In this document: positions 43,912 to 54,944 of the stretch, one piece after another
How positions within the stretch are numbered: the first letter of the stretch is position 1
Layout of the letters: each line of letters opens with the position of its first letter
DNA from: Ignavibacteriota bacterium
Lineage (GTDB): Bacteria > Bacteroidota > Ignavibacteria > UBA10030
DNA: 64,000 nt
Reading direction: 5' to 3'
Assembly (NCBI GenBank): GCA_963833465.1
Contig: CAWHXW010000001.1
Location: 24,972 to 88,971 of the forward strand
Notes under the pieces: model-generated
Databases searched by the model: none
Told to the model about the DNA's origin: nothing
The model's input: the letters and a program-made list of their open reading frames with translations, nothing else
Translations under genes and position numbers: made by a program

Positions 43912-45708
43912 ATGCAGGAAGAAGAAGTCTTAGGTAAAGCGTACGACGCCCGTCTAATGCGGCGACTTATTAAATATCTAAAGCCGTATCGCTGGCACGT
44001 GGCGATCGGCATCGTGCTCAGTTTACTGGTAAGCGCTATGGAAGCAGTGCGCCCGTACTTTACAAAGATCGCCGTAGATACGAACATTGTACAAGGTGAT
44101 AAACACGGCTTGCTCGTAACGATGCTTTTTTTCCTTTCAATAATGATAGTGCGCGGATTTATTCAATACGCCAATGCATATCTTACACAATGGATTGGAC
44201 AAAGAACAATTTTTGATCTCCGGATAGAAGTCTTTCGGCATCTCCAGACACTTTCACTCAGGTTCTACGACAACAATCCGATCGGCAGACTTATTACCAG
44301 AGTGACGAACGATGTAGAAGTACTAAACGAGATGTTTTCCTCAGGAATTGTCATGGTTTTCAGTGATGTTTTTACGATCGCTGGTATTTTTTATTTCATG
44401 TTTTCAATGAATTGGAAATTGGCACTTGTAACGTTAAGTGTGCTGCCATTTCTATTTTACGGTACATTTCTCTTTCGTAAAAAGGCTCGGGAGACATACC
44501 GTGATGTCCGCATTCAAATTGCCCGTATCAACACATTCATGCAAGAACACATTACGGGTATGCTTGTAGATCAAATTTTTAATCGGGAAAAAAAATCTTA
44601 TTCATATTTCTCAAATATCAATGCTGCGCATCGTGATGCAAATATCAGATCTATTTTTTACTATGCTGTTTTTTACCCGGGTGTCGATCTCATCGGTGCA
44701 GTGGCAGTTGGATTAATAATATGGTACGCAGGGCGAAATGCGCTTGAAGGTGTTGTTTCAGTCGGAACAGTGATGGCATTTGTGCAATTCAATGAAATGT
44801 TTTGGCGGCCCATCCGCGATCTTTCTGAAAAATACAATATTCTTCAAACTGCAATGGCATCTTCCGAAAGATTATTCCAACTATTAGATGACAAAACTGT
44901 TTTGAATATTCCTTCGACACTTTTTCCATTGAAGCACATACGCGGTGACGTTGAATTTCGTAATGTCTGGTTCGCCTATAATTCAAATTCCGACAAAACA
45001 CAATCGCCTGAATGGGTATTAAAGAACATCTCTTTCTCGATCAAGCAAGGGCAAACGATAGCGATTGTGGGACATACCGGCGCTGGCAAAACAACAATTA
45101 TCAACTTGTTGAGCCGATTTTACGATTTTCAGCGGGGGAAAATATTCATTGACGGGATCAATATTCAGAATGTCCATCCAAAAGATCTGCGCAAACATAT
45201 TGCCGTCGTACTACAGGACGTTTTTTTATTTTCTGGCGATATACAGAGCAACATCCATCTTGGGGATGAAAGCATTCCATTAGAGCGAGTGAAAGCTGCC
45301 GCACGAATGGTCGGTGCGAATCGGTTTATTGATGCATTACCAAATACATATGCCGCAGAAGTAAAAGAACGCGGCGCAACACTTTCAGTCGGGCAAAAAC
45401 AATTGCTATCATTTGCACGTGCTCTGGCTTTCAATCCTCGCATTCTTGTGCTGGATGAAGCAACATCGAGTGTTGATACAGAAACTGAACAATTAATCCA
45501 GCGTGCAATTAAAAAGATGCTTCAGGGACGAACTTCTATCGTAATAGCACATCGCCTTTCTACTATTCAAAGCGCCGATAAGATTATTGTTTTGCATAAA
45601 GGTGAAATCCGCGAGATGGGCAATCATCAAGAATTACTTGCGCTTAATGGCATTTATCGGAAACTTTATGAGCTTCAGTACAAAGATCAAGAAATAAAAT
45701 CCAATTAA
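43912..45708 (+). CDS. ABC exporter, fused permease/ATPase, subunit B (partner of the gene at 41690)
   Basis: 598 aa. Walker A GHTGAGKTT, LSVGQKQL, VLDEATS. Confidence 0.85.
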   Translation: MQEEEVLGKAYDARLMRRLIKYLKPYRWHVAIGIVLSLLVSAMEAVRPYFTKIAVDTNIVQGDKHGLLVTMLFFLSIMIVRGFIQYANAYLTQWIGQRTIFDLRIEVFRHLQTLSLRFYDNNPIGRLITRVTNDVEVLNEMFSSGIVMVFSDVFTIAGIFYFMFSMNWKLALVTLSVLPFLFYGTFLFRKKARETYRDVRIQIARINTFMQEHITGMLVDQIFNREKKSYSYFSNINAAHRDANIRSIFYYAVFYPGVDLIGAVAVGLIIWYAGRNALEGVVSVGTVMAFVQFNEMFWRPIRDLSEKYNILQTAMASSERLFQLLDDKTVLNIPSTLFPLKHIRGDVEFRNVWFAYNSNSDKTQSPEWVLKNISFSIKQGQTIAIVGHTGAGKTTIINLLSRFYDFQRGKIFIDGINIQNVHPKDLRKHIAVVLQDVFLFSGDIQSNIHLGDESIPLERVKAAARMVGANRFIDALPNTYAAEVKERGATLSVGQKQLLSFARALAFNPRILVLDEATSSVDTETEQLIQRAIKKMLQGRTSIVIAHRLSTIQSADKIIVLHKGEIREMGNHQELLALNGIYRKLYELQYKDQEIKSN

Positions 45709-45721
45709 GATACAGCCAACA

Positions 45722-46321
45722 ATGCAAGATTCTCATCTATCAGATAGTACATTTGTTGTAGTGGATGTTGAAACAACCGGTCTTAGTCCGGTCGAAGATC
45801 GGATCACAGAGATTGCAATGATGAAAGTTAAAAACGGCGTTCTGTTAGATGAATTTTCGACACTAATAAACCCGTTAGTAACCATTCCCGCTTCTATTAC
45901 AAATTTGACTGGAATTGATAACTTAATGGTTGCGGATGCGCCTACTGCAAGAGAAGTGGTGCCCACAATTGCAGAATTCTTGGGTAATGCAATCTTTGTT
46001 GCTCATAATGCACAATTCGATTGGGGATTTGTTTCTCGAACAACTCTGCGCGAACGTGGAATAGAAGTTAATAATCAGCAATTATGCACAGTTAAACTTA
46101 GCCGCATTATTTTGCCGAACTTACCAAGCAAATCACTTGGTCTTGTAGCGAAAGCATTAAATATCAAGATACCAGAACGTCATCGTGCCTCCGGCGATGC
46201 ATACGCAACTGCGCTTGTACTCGTTAAATTTATTTCGTACGTTCAACGCAAGCATGATATTCATCTCGTTAGTGAGCTATTGCGATTTCAGAATGGGTGG
46301 TCACCACGATCATCTGCATAA
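45722..46321 (+). CDS. DnaQ-like 3'-5' exonuclease domain protein
   Basis: 199 aa. Exo I FVVVDVETTGL, Exo II, and Exo III motifs. Confidence 0.75.
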   Translation: MQDSHLSDSTFVVVDVETTGLSPVEDRITEIAMMKVKNGVLLDEFSTLINPLVTIPASITNLTGIDNLMVADAPTAREVVPTIAEFLGNAIFVAHNAQFDWGFVSRTTLRERGIEVNNQQLCTVKLSRIILPNLPSKSLGLVAKALNIKIPERHRASGDAYATALVLVKFISYVQRKHDIHLVSELLRFQNGWSPRSSA

Positions 46322-46427
46322 CTTCTTAACTTTGGCAGCAATCTTACGAACTACGCTGAGTATTTGCCCACTAATTTAGATCTCTACTTAAAACATTTCG
46401 GGATGATTCCGATAGATAATATTGGAA

Positions 46428-46709
46428 TCATTTGAGTACCAGCATTTTCTTCTGGAAAATGTGATGTTTGTTTTGTCCGTCCGTTGCTGAAAGACGATAT
46501 ATATACATACCGCTCGCAAACCTATGAGCATCAAATGTTGTTTGATGATACCCGGCTTCTTCCTGTTCATCAATCAGGTTTGCAACTTCTTTACCGAGCA
46601 CATCATATATTTTCAAAGTCACTTTACTATCTGATGAAAGCTGATAGCTGATTATTGTTGTAGGATTAAATGGATTCGGTCGCGTTGCCAAAGCGGGTAT
46701 CACGCTCAT
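46428..46709 (-). pseudogene. orphan type IX secretion C-terminal sorting domain (remnant of a former cargo gene)
   Basis: 93-aa ORF consisting almost solely of a T9SS CTD (…RPNPFNPTTIISYQLSSDSKVTLKIYDVLGKEVANL…GMYIYRL…). It has no signal peptide and no upstream passenger domain. Confidence 0.5.
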
Positions 46710-46753
46710 AGCCCGAAATGCCTCTTCTGCTCACTACCTTGGGTGAGCACCTG

Positions 46754-46925
46754 ATGAAACGGTGGCTCGAGCGGAACCTGACGAAGTCAGGAACCGCCCG
46801 CTTATTGCACGTCTCTTAGGAGTGGACAAGGTGGTTTTGAGACGATGGGAACGAGATGAGTTTCAGCCACAAGGTAAGATCAAAAAAGGACTTGAAGCTT
46901 TTCTAAATTCTTTACTAAAATTATG
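46754..46925 (+). pseudogene. XRE-family helix-turn-helix ORF split across two frames
   Basis: Frame 1 reads MKRWLERNLTKSGTARLLHVS*. Frame 2 continues …IARLLGVDKVVLRRWERDEFQPQGKIKKGLEAFLNSLLKL*. Joined, they form a canonical HTH_XRE. The junction carries a roughly 12-nt near-duplicate (gcccgcttattg / gcacgtctctta). The region is unusually GC-rich. Confidence 0.35.
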
Positions 46926-47009
46926 AATAAAATTCTTTCAAAAAGGAAGCCTCGTCGACAATTGCAACGAGGCTTCAGCTTTTACCTATATAAACCGTCT
47001 ATTACTCAA

Positions 47010-50000
47010 TTACTTCATCATCAGCATCTTCATCGTCTTTGTAAATGTCGCAAAGCCATCTACAGGCTGCGCCGTAAATCGGACGAAGTAGACACCGCTG
47101 GAAAGATTATCGCCATGAAAAGTAACGGTATAGTATCCTGCCTCTTTCGTTCCCTGCGCCAGCGTTACTACCTCGCGACCGAGCATATCATAGACTTTCA
47201 TTGTAACATAACTGATTGCCTTAAGCTGATAGTTGATCACTGTGCTTGGATTAAAGGGATTGGGATAATTATTCGAAAGCCCAAATTCTGTCGGTAACTC
47301 AAGATTTTGCTTTAAAGATTTATCATCCTGCTCAGGAGTCCATATGCCCTTTGCAAGCATTCCTGCATCCATCGAAAGGTCTTGATCAATTAATGAGATC
47401 AATGTTGTGTCACTACCATATTGATTACGCAGTCCTTGCAATATAGTTTGTGCATTTTGCAACTGTCCCATGCGCGCGTATGTGTGAGCTAAATCCGCCA
47501 TCACCCACTTCTTCTCCTCGCCCGTTAGAACCGTCAGTGCCTTCTGCGACAATTCAACAACAGCTGCATTGCTCTGCTCTAACATCTTCCAGAATATCAT
47601 ATACCGCAGTGCCTGCTTGCCCATTGGTGTTGCAGGGTAATTATTCATCAATCCTTGTAGATATAAAAAGAATTTGCTGTTCTCTCCCAACTGATCTTCA
47701 GTATAGTCTGTGCGAAGTATCGTGTAGAGCCATATCAACGCTGTTCTACCATCTTCCGTAGAAGGATTCTTTGCGATGATATCCTTGCACCGTGTTACTT
47801 TCTCAGCATCAGGAATCCGTGGATCATAGATCCATGGAATGCTGTCCGATACTACAGGTGCAGCTATTTTCCCTAACGGGCTGCCTGCAGTGCGTGGCTG
47901 CGCATCCCAATTCGGAATAGAGTTTTGAGGATTGTCTAAATATACTGAGCCTGTATCATTACATCCGTTTGTTCCCCAAAATCCATAAGTAGTATAAATT
48001 TGTGGATTGCCAGAAGTATTGAAAATCTCATATGGAGGATATGGGCCTACATCATGGATTGAAGAATAACAAATCTGAACTGTAGGACTACCGGAGCTTG
48101 CATAGACTTCCGTGTTGCCGTTACAGCTGACGGTATTATACCCTTCCCATGTATATGGCCAACCAATACGGATAATATCGGAACTGGCTGTATAAACGCC
48201 GTAGGTACTATTGGAATCAATCGCATTGCCATACAACTGCACTACATTTGATCCGAACGAATGAAGTCCATCAGAGGAATTGTAATGAATCGTATTTCCC
48301 ACTAATTTCACATCTGACGTAGTGCAGCAATAGATGCCAATACTGTTGTTCGTTAGTTCACAGCTTTTGACAGTCACATTGCTGTGGTATACATACATGC
48401 CTTTGGTGTTTCCTTGAAATGTGCAGTTCTCAACATCTGTACGATTTCCAGCTGTCGCATTGGACAGATAGAGCCCTGTAATTGCATATTCGAATGTGCA
48501 GTAATAAAAAATGCTATTACCGTTTTGCACTAAAACATTATTCCACGATCCCGGTGTTGTGCCTGATGCTGAGGTAAATTGTATCGGATTTGTTACAGTG
48601 CCTTGTGCATTCACCACACCGTTGACGACCAACGCTGTCCCTGATGTAAACGCTATGGAGCTGCTCGGAGAAATGGTCAATGTTACCCCGGAGTTGACTG
48701 TAACCGTGCCTGCTACTGTTATAGTACCACTCCAGGTTGTATCATGACTGATTGTTCCAGAGACTTGTTTAGTAGAATCGATTAATTTCATATTGATTTG
48801 ATATGGTGCAGCTGTTCCTGACGTCCATAGTGCTTTAATACTATCCATTTCACGGTATAAGTACGATGGAAATTGCATACCTATTCCTTGTCCCAGGTAG
48901 ATAGCAGAAGACCATGTTGAACCTCCGTTCGGTTTTCTTACCTTTCCTATTTGATTACCACATTGGAACAACATATAAATCATATCAGGACTCATACAGA
49001 GTGTGGGTTGTGATAATATATCCGAACCATGTGTAAACTCTTTAATTGTCCCCCAACTATTGCTATTGCCGCCATTACTCGATTCTATATAATATATCCT
49101 ATGGTTTGCGCTATTCTCCCATGCGACACCTACAGTCAAGGATGGAGATGGAGATTGATCGTTGACAATGGTCGGATTTGTATTTCCACTCGCTGGAGAA
49201 GGAGCCGCAGATGATAATGTTATAGGAATAAAACTACAACTATCAATATCAGAATTAACATAAAGTATATGATATTTTATTACCCCTGAACCACTTTGAA
49301 ATACCAAATGATACATTTCAGGGGAAACCGGCGGAGTAGTTGTATATCCGATTTCTGAACCAGATGGTAGTTGTGCGCTGAAATCGTTAACTAATTGTCT
49401 TCGAAAATTTGCGCCATTCGGTTCAAAGACTGCGTACAAACCACCACTACCCGACTGTCCAAATCTCCATACTACTAATGCACCATAATCCCCGATTACT
49501 ATTGGAGTCGCATCAAGTCCTCCAGAAATCTCTAAACCGTTAAACGACGTCGTCGATCCCCAGCTTTGCCCACAATTAGTAGAACGACAATAATACACTC
49601 TGGAATAGGTATGAGACTGATCTGTATAATTTTCCCAAACCACATGAATTGTATTTGAATTCGTCACTGTAATTGAAGGATTTCTGCCATCACCAAGTTT
49701 CACTTCTGGTGTCCACGTTCCACCTTCTGTAATCTCATGAGTGTACCAAATACTCCCACTGCTGCAATAAACAGAATGTAAAAATGTATCGCTGTTATCA
49801 GATGCAACTTTTCGTTGATTGCTTGCCGCTGCACCATTATTCACTGTTGCTGTAGCAGTTGATAACGATGAGCCGAGGTGCGCTTTGTACTTTGCCGTTA
49901 CTGTAGCTCCAGCATTATTAAACACAACCGCTGTTGTATCTTTAGTGGAATCGGCAAGTGTGGCACCAGATGCTGTCCAGCCCTGGAAGTAGCCTGTAAA

Positions 50001-51483
50001 ACCATTGATATTCGTTTGTGTTAAAGGCTCGCTGACTGAATAATTTGGAATCCCTTGTTGAAATTGAGTATTTTGATTCAAGAACACACCTTTGTAGACA
50101 TCGCCATTATAGTTAGTTCCGATGTTTGGCGAGAAGGGAGCTGTGCGGCTTTTGTATAGTGCATTCATACCACGATTGAGCGGTTTGTTATTATGTGCCG
50201 CATCAGCGGAATCGATGAGCCATGGATCTTTGAACTGAACTGTGCCGCTATAATTCCCCGGCGCATCAAGGAGATCAACTTTGATTGTGCTGCCTTCTGT
50301 GGTGGGTTGAAATTGAGAAGTTAGAGTGGTAGTCGTCTGTGTAATAGGGAAATTATGATGGTTGGTAACATCGGATTGGATTGTGTTATTCGCATACCAG
50401 GTATTATATTTTTCACTCGACTCGATATCCTGATAGCCCAGCAGACATTGTGTGGAAGGATATGGAAACATAAATGAATCTGGCACACACCAGCTATCAA
50501 AATCGGGACCAGTCGTCCAACGACCAATTCCTGCCACGGTCAGAGTACCATTGCTGTGTTTTTGTGTCACTACTACTGCATGCGTAGCCACATAATTGGC
50601 TCTGTAAGTAATATCTACAGTTGGGGTAAACTGATAGGGATTTGAAGAAATATTTGCCCCAGTGTTCATATTAGTCCAAGAGGTAGTTGAATTTGGCGTG
50701 TAAGTAACTCCAAGGTACGGTTGTTCATAACTCAATACCGTAATAGGGGAATCACCAGTGTACCATTTTTTGTACATATCCAGATGGCTGATTACTGCCG
50801 TTTACCTTTACATACCCATGCCCGAAATCATTGTTCACGGTGATATGAATTGCGGGAGTATAAGTAATCTTCAATTGTATGTCGATATTTGCCTCAGTAT
50901 GATTATTAGATTCTTGACCACTCAATGCGCCAATATAGAGATATTTACTATTTGACCAGGCAGTCTTCCAATCAGTCGTCAATTGAGAACTCGACTTTGT
51001 CACCTGATATGTATCACTGTATTTCAATTGATCTACATAAGTGGAACCATTTCCAACTGCCTTCCAGTCGCTCGTTGGATCACCGAAAACCAGGCTGGAA
51101 GATAAGCCAACTACTCGTGCACTATTATCTCCTTGCCCGCTTTCATAATTGCTTATGGATATAATAAGAGATACATCCGTAATCTTCGCATCTGATGGAA
51201 TTGTACCAGAAAAATAAGTATGTGGGTCAAACATATATACCGTTCTGTAAATATCCGATGTGGAATTAGGATAATAATCATTGCCGGAACCATTCAATCT
51301 CCCGATATTGTATTTAGTTGACGAAGTATAATATGTGTTTCCGGAGCTATCGGTATAGGTGACAAATGTTTCTTTACTGCCACCTTCTGTTAATTGTGCA
51401 TATACAACATTGAAAGCAAATATGCACGAAAGGAGCGCTATTGAAAACAATAAATAATTCCTTTTCATAAATATCCTTTCCAT
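47010..51483 (-). CDS. giant secreted T9SS cargo protein with BNR/Asp-box repeats, right-handed parallel beta-helix, TPR-like segment and C-terminal sorting domain; frame broken in a homopolymer at 50766-50771
   Basis: ORF 50752-51483 carries the signal peptide MKRNYLLFSIALLSCIFAFNVVYAQ. ORF 47010-50777 carries SxDxGxTW-like Asp-boxes (STNCGQSWGST, SSNGGNSNSWGT, PNGGSTWSS), NxxGxxxxG beta-helix repeats, and the C-terminal …NYPNPFNPSTVINYQLKAISYVTMKVYDMLGREV… CTD. The two ORFs join as …GYVQKKWYTGD… across the homopolymer (A run on the coding strand, T-run 50766-50771 on plus). Confidence 0.75.
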
Positions 51484-51696
51484 ATGATTATGTAAGACAA
51501 TGGTTGAAATTATTGTTTAATTTGCATGAGTATCGTTAATGTTGTATTTTGAAAATGAAAACGGTGCCGCGGCTTACCTTAAAAGGTAAGAAAGGACACG
51601 GCCTGCCGTTTTCGTAATATCCCGTTTGGTGCTCGTAACACCAGACGGGATTTTATATTCTAAACAGGTGGTGAGCGGTTCTCGATAGCCATAACA

Positions 51697-52779
51697 TTAT
51701 CTCCTTCCGATTGTGACAACGGCACGCGGTGAATCCATTCCAACAGCGATGACTAAATTATTTTTCAAAGCCACAGAGCCATACGCACCGTTGCTTAGAC
51801 CTGTTATTGATTGATAACTCAACCAGCTTTTTCCATTGTAGTGCTTGACCTCTCCACCTGCACCGACTATAAACACATCGTTAATTGAATTACCCCTTAC
51901 TTGCGTAGTATAATACTGAGTAAGGTCAAGTTGATGAACAATCCAACTGGCATCAGATAGATTATTTTTCTCATAAATTCCATCTCCCACAACATAATAA
52001 CGTTGATTAGGTACAAACCACACACTGCTCAACGACAAAGAGATGGGATTATCTGAGAGAGTTGAGGCACTTGTCCCTTTAATTTGCAATATCTTTCGAT
52101 CATAGCTTGAGCCAGCATTTCCTGCCACAGCAAGTATCTCCCATTGGCTTGTTACGGAGTTATAAGCTCCATAAATATCCTGTATGTCCAAACTTGTTCC
52201 AGATTCTATCTTCGTCCAACTGCTGCCGTTGTAATGAACAATAGTTCCATTATTTCCACAAAAGTATAGATCATTTAAAGATGTTCCCCATATATGATTT
52301 ACACTTCCATCGTTTTGACTTAAGACACCCATATCCCATAAGTGATATAAAGTCCAGCCGTTGCCATTGGGTAAATATGGTAAACCGCTTGAAAGAATAA
52401 TGGTGCCATCTGATAAAACAAAAATACCTGTTAATGGTGCAACTGTCTGATTTCCTTTGTACTCAACTGATATTTTTTCCAGCTTCCATTCTCTTCCATT
52501 CCATATGGCTAAATTGTATGGTAATGAATCCCAATTTCCCAAACTGTCTTTTAAATAAATCGCACCAACCGCATACGCAAGAGTATCATTTATTATCGCA
52601 ACGTCATAGAGCATACTGCTTGCGCCATCGCCAAGCTGTGTTATCGTCCAGCTAAAGTTATGGCTTGTCGTATCCGGGGTATTGTCTTTTGGTTGTGTCG
52701 GCTCATTTTTGCACTTGAGATTTAAAAACGCTGCGCATAAGAAAATTGCAAGGAGAATAATTTGAGAATGTTTCTTCAT
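51697..52779 (-). CDS. beta-propeller lipoprotein, tandem paralog 1 (Ycf48/BNR-like repeats)
   Basis: 360 aa. Lipoprotein signal MKKHSQIILLAIFLCAAFLNLKC, Pro/Thr linker, then repeated …IWGTSxNDLYFxGxxGxIxHYNGSSW… blades. Confidence 0.7.
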   Translation of the reverse strand: MKKHSQIILLAIFLCAAFLNLKCKNEPTQPKDNTPDTTSHNFSWTITQLGDGASSMLYDVAIINDTLAYAVGAIYLKDSLGNWDSLPYNLAIWNGREWKLEKISVEYKGNQTVAPLTGIFVLSDGTIILSSGLPYLPNGNGWTLYHLWDMGVLSQNDGSVNHIWGTSLNDLYFCGNNGTIVHYNGSSWTKIESGTSLDIQDIYGAYNSVTSQWEILAVAGNAGSSYDRKILQIKGTSASTLSDNPISLSLSSVWFVPNQRYYVVGDGIYEKNNLSDASWIVHQLDLTQYYTTQVRGNSINDVFIVGAGGEVKHYNGKSWLSYQSITGLSNGAYGSVALKNNLVIAVGMDSPRAVVTIGRR

Positions 52780-52841
52780 ATTTCTTCCTCAAGAATTACG
52801 TTGACTGGATTTGCAAGGGCAATATAGATATTTGACCTCTT

Positions 52842-52871
52842 CCTGTCAGTCACGTAAACGCGTGATTTTTT
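52842..52871 (-). promoter_or_regulatory. palindromic operator plus promoter of paralog 1
   Basis: TCACGTAAACGCGTGA (perfect TCACG-N6-CGTGA) at 52850-52865. On the gene strand it abuts cTGACA (-35). A 17-bp spacer and TATATT (-10) follow about 45 bp before the ATG. Confidence 0.45.
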
Positions 52872-52910
52872 CATAACAAGTATCATTTTTGGCGTCTTTT
52901 AGCTCCCTTC

Positions 52911-54276
52911 TTATTGTTGTCTTCTTCCCATTGTGATTGCTGCTTTCGGACTATTTCCCCCAACAGCTATGACAAGATTCCCTTTCACAGCAACACTTGT
53001 AAAAGAACCGATAGGCAAAGAAGTTTGGTCAAAATAATCTTTCCATGTCAAACCATTATAATGTATCATATCTCCATATGCTCCAACGATAACGACATCA
53101 TTACTATTATTCCCCCTAACAGATGTCGAATAGTTTCTTGCAAGAGTTCCAGTTGGATGGACGGTCCAGGGATTTACATCCTGCAATGAATGTTTTTGAC
53201 CGACTCCATCCCCTACAATGTAATACTGTTTACCGGGAAGGAACCAGACTCCTACGATACTCCATGACAATCCGCTGCTATTGATCGGCACAACAGTTGT
53301 TCCTTGAATTGAAACAATCTTATTTCCCTGATTGATATCTAATTGAGAAGCGACTGCAAGGATTTCTAATTGATTTGTTTGAGAATTAATTGCACCATAA
53401 ATATCTTGAAAGTCCAAGGTCGTACCTGATTCGATTCTCGTCCAACTGCTGCCGTTGTAATGAATAATACGACCATCGTTGCCAACGAAGTACAAGTCTG
53501 AAGATGATGTTCCCCACATTTTATTGCAAGCACCAGGTCCTTGATTGAAAGGAATGCTCAACATTACACATTGCGTTCCATTCCAATGTGACACTCCACC
53601 AGACTGCGATACAACCCAAATATCATTTTCATTGAAAGCATAAATTGTATTTAATGGGTCCTGATCTGTTACAATTTGCGAATTAGTATATGTGAGTGTA
53701 ACAGAAATGTGCATGGTATCCCATTGCTGCCCATTCCATCTTGCAAGATTACAAATTGAGCTACCATAATAAATTTCGCCGCAAGCATATGCAAGCGAGT
53801 CATTTATTATCGCAACATCATATAATGCGCTGCTGCCACTGCCATCACCAAGTGTAAAAGTCTGCCATAAAAAAGAATGACTTGATGTATCCATTGTCGT
53901 CGCCTGCGTATGGGCAGTCAAGTTGCCATTAAGAGAGGCAGTGTAATTGTATATGTGTCCCGGTAAGAGATTGGTATCTGTCAGTGTCGTTTGTCCCGAA
54001 GCTACACTCATGCTAAGAACTTGTATCGTATCCCGCATGAGTGTCAACTGTACGAGAACCAAGTGCCGAGCCTACTATTAGCTGCAAATACACTTCTGTG
54101 CAATTTGCATCGGTTACTGCGATGGCAAATGTGTTGTCAGGCGGCGGCCCAATAGGGTTTTTCTTGCAATTGAGGTTGAAGAATAGTGCGAACAAGAAAA
54201 TAACTACGAGAGCGACAAATGTAGACTTTTGATTTTTTCCTTGCATCCACATTTTGCGTAATTTCATGAATTTCAC
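52911..54276 (-). CDS. beta-propeller lipoprotein, tandem paralog 2 (frame broken between 54013 and 54062)
   Basis: ORF 54013-54276 gives the lipoprotein signal MQGKNQKSTFVALVVIFLFALFFNLNC. ORF 52911-54062 gives the propeller (…MWGTSSSDLYFVGNDGRIIHYNGSSWTRIESG…). Confidence 0.65.
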
Positions 54277-54439
54277 CCTTTGTTTTTTTTAACTATAGAA
54301 GAAATTTGCGACGCGAATTGACCCTACCTTGCAAAAAATATAGAGTTAATTAAAATCATTGTCAAGACTCGCGCTCAAAAATCTCTATTTTGAAATTGTT
54401 CTGTTCGCAAGAACCTCATATTCGTTTTCATAACAAGAT

Positions 54440-54545
54440 CTCCTTTTTGTTTTTGTGGGACTCATTGTATTCGTTACAATGAAGTTGTATTTTGAAAATG
54501 AAAACGCTGCGCACAAGTATATTGCAATAAGAATAATTTGAGAAT
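54440..54545 (-). pseudogene. remnant 5' end of a fourth paralog
   Basis: Sequence homologous to the N-terminal coding region of paralog 1 (aaaacgctgcgcacaagtatattgcaataagaataatttgagaat). It reads ATG AAG TAA on the minus strand. Confidence 0.3.
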
Positions 54546-54617
54546 ATTACTTCATATCAAGACCTCAAGGAATGCAACGGTTAGATAAGCACGAATGAGA
54601 TAGATATTTATGCATTT

Positions 54618-54647
54618 CCTGTCAATCACGTAAACGCGTGATTTTTA
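54618..54647 (-). promoter_or_regulatory. second copy of the TCACG-N6-CGTGA operator with perfect TTGACA -35
   Basis: tcctgtcaaTCACGTAAACGCGTGAttttt. On the minus strand it reads TCACGCGTTTACGTGA followed by TTGACA and a 17-bp spacer. Confidence 0.4.
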
Positions 54648-54944
54648 CAAAAGTATCTCAAGCTGGGATGGGGTTGGACTCCCGACCTACTTTATATGTT
54701 TTGCCATTCAACAATTGTCGTCGTGATTAAATAGAAATCAACGTCTGAGATTATCTTCCACTTGCTCATTGAACTAGTTAGTTCGAGAGAACATCTCCCT
54801 CACAGCGAGTGTAGAACGCCATTTGTACAAGCTTTATCGGCGTATAAGGTGTATAGCCTTCATTTTCTTCTTGCGCAAACATTGCAGCGGGATGGTACAA
54901 ACATCCTGCTGCATTTTTAAGAGAACTGTTCTCCTTTCTTTGGG

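Noticed and set aside
51538-51660. Hairpins downstream of paralog 1 (cccgtttggtg…caccagacggg; aaaacggtgccg…cggcctgccgtttt)
   Set aside because: Probably a terminator for paralog 1. However, the T-run placement is ambiguous on the minus strand, so it is not listed as a confident feature.
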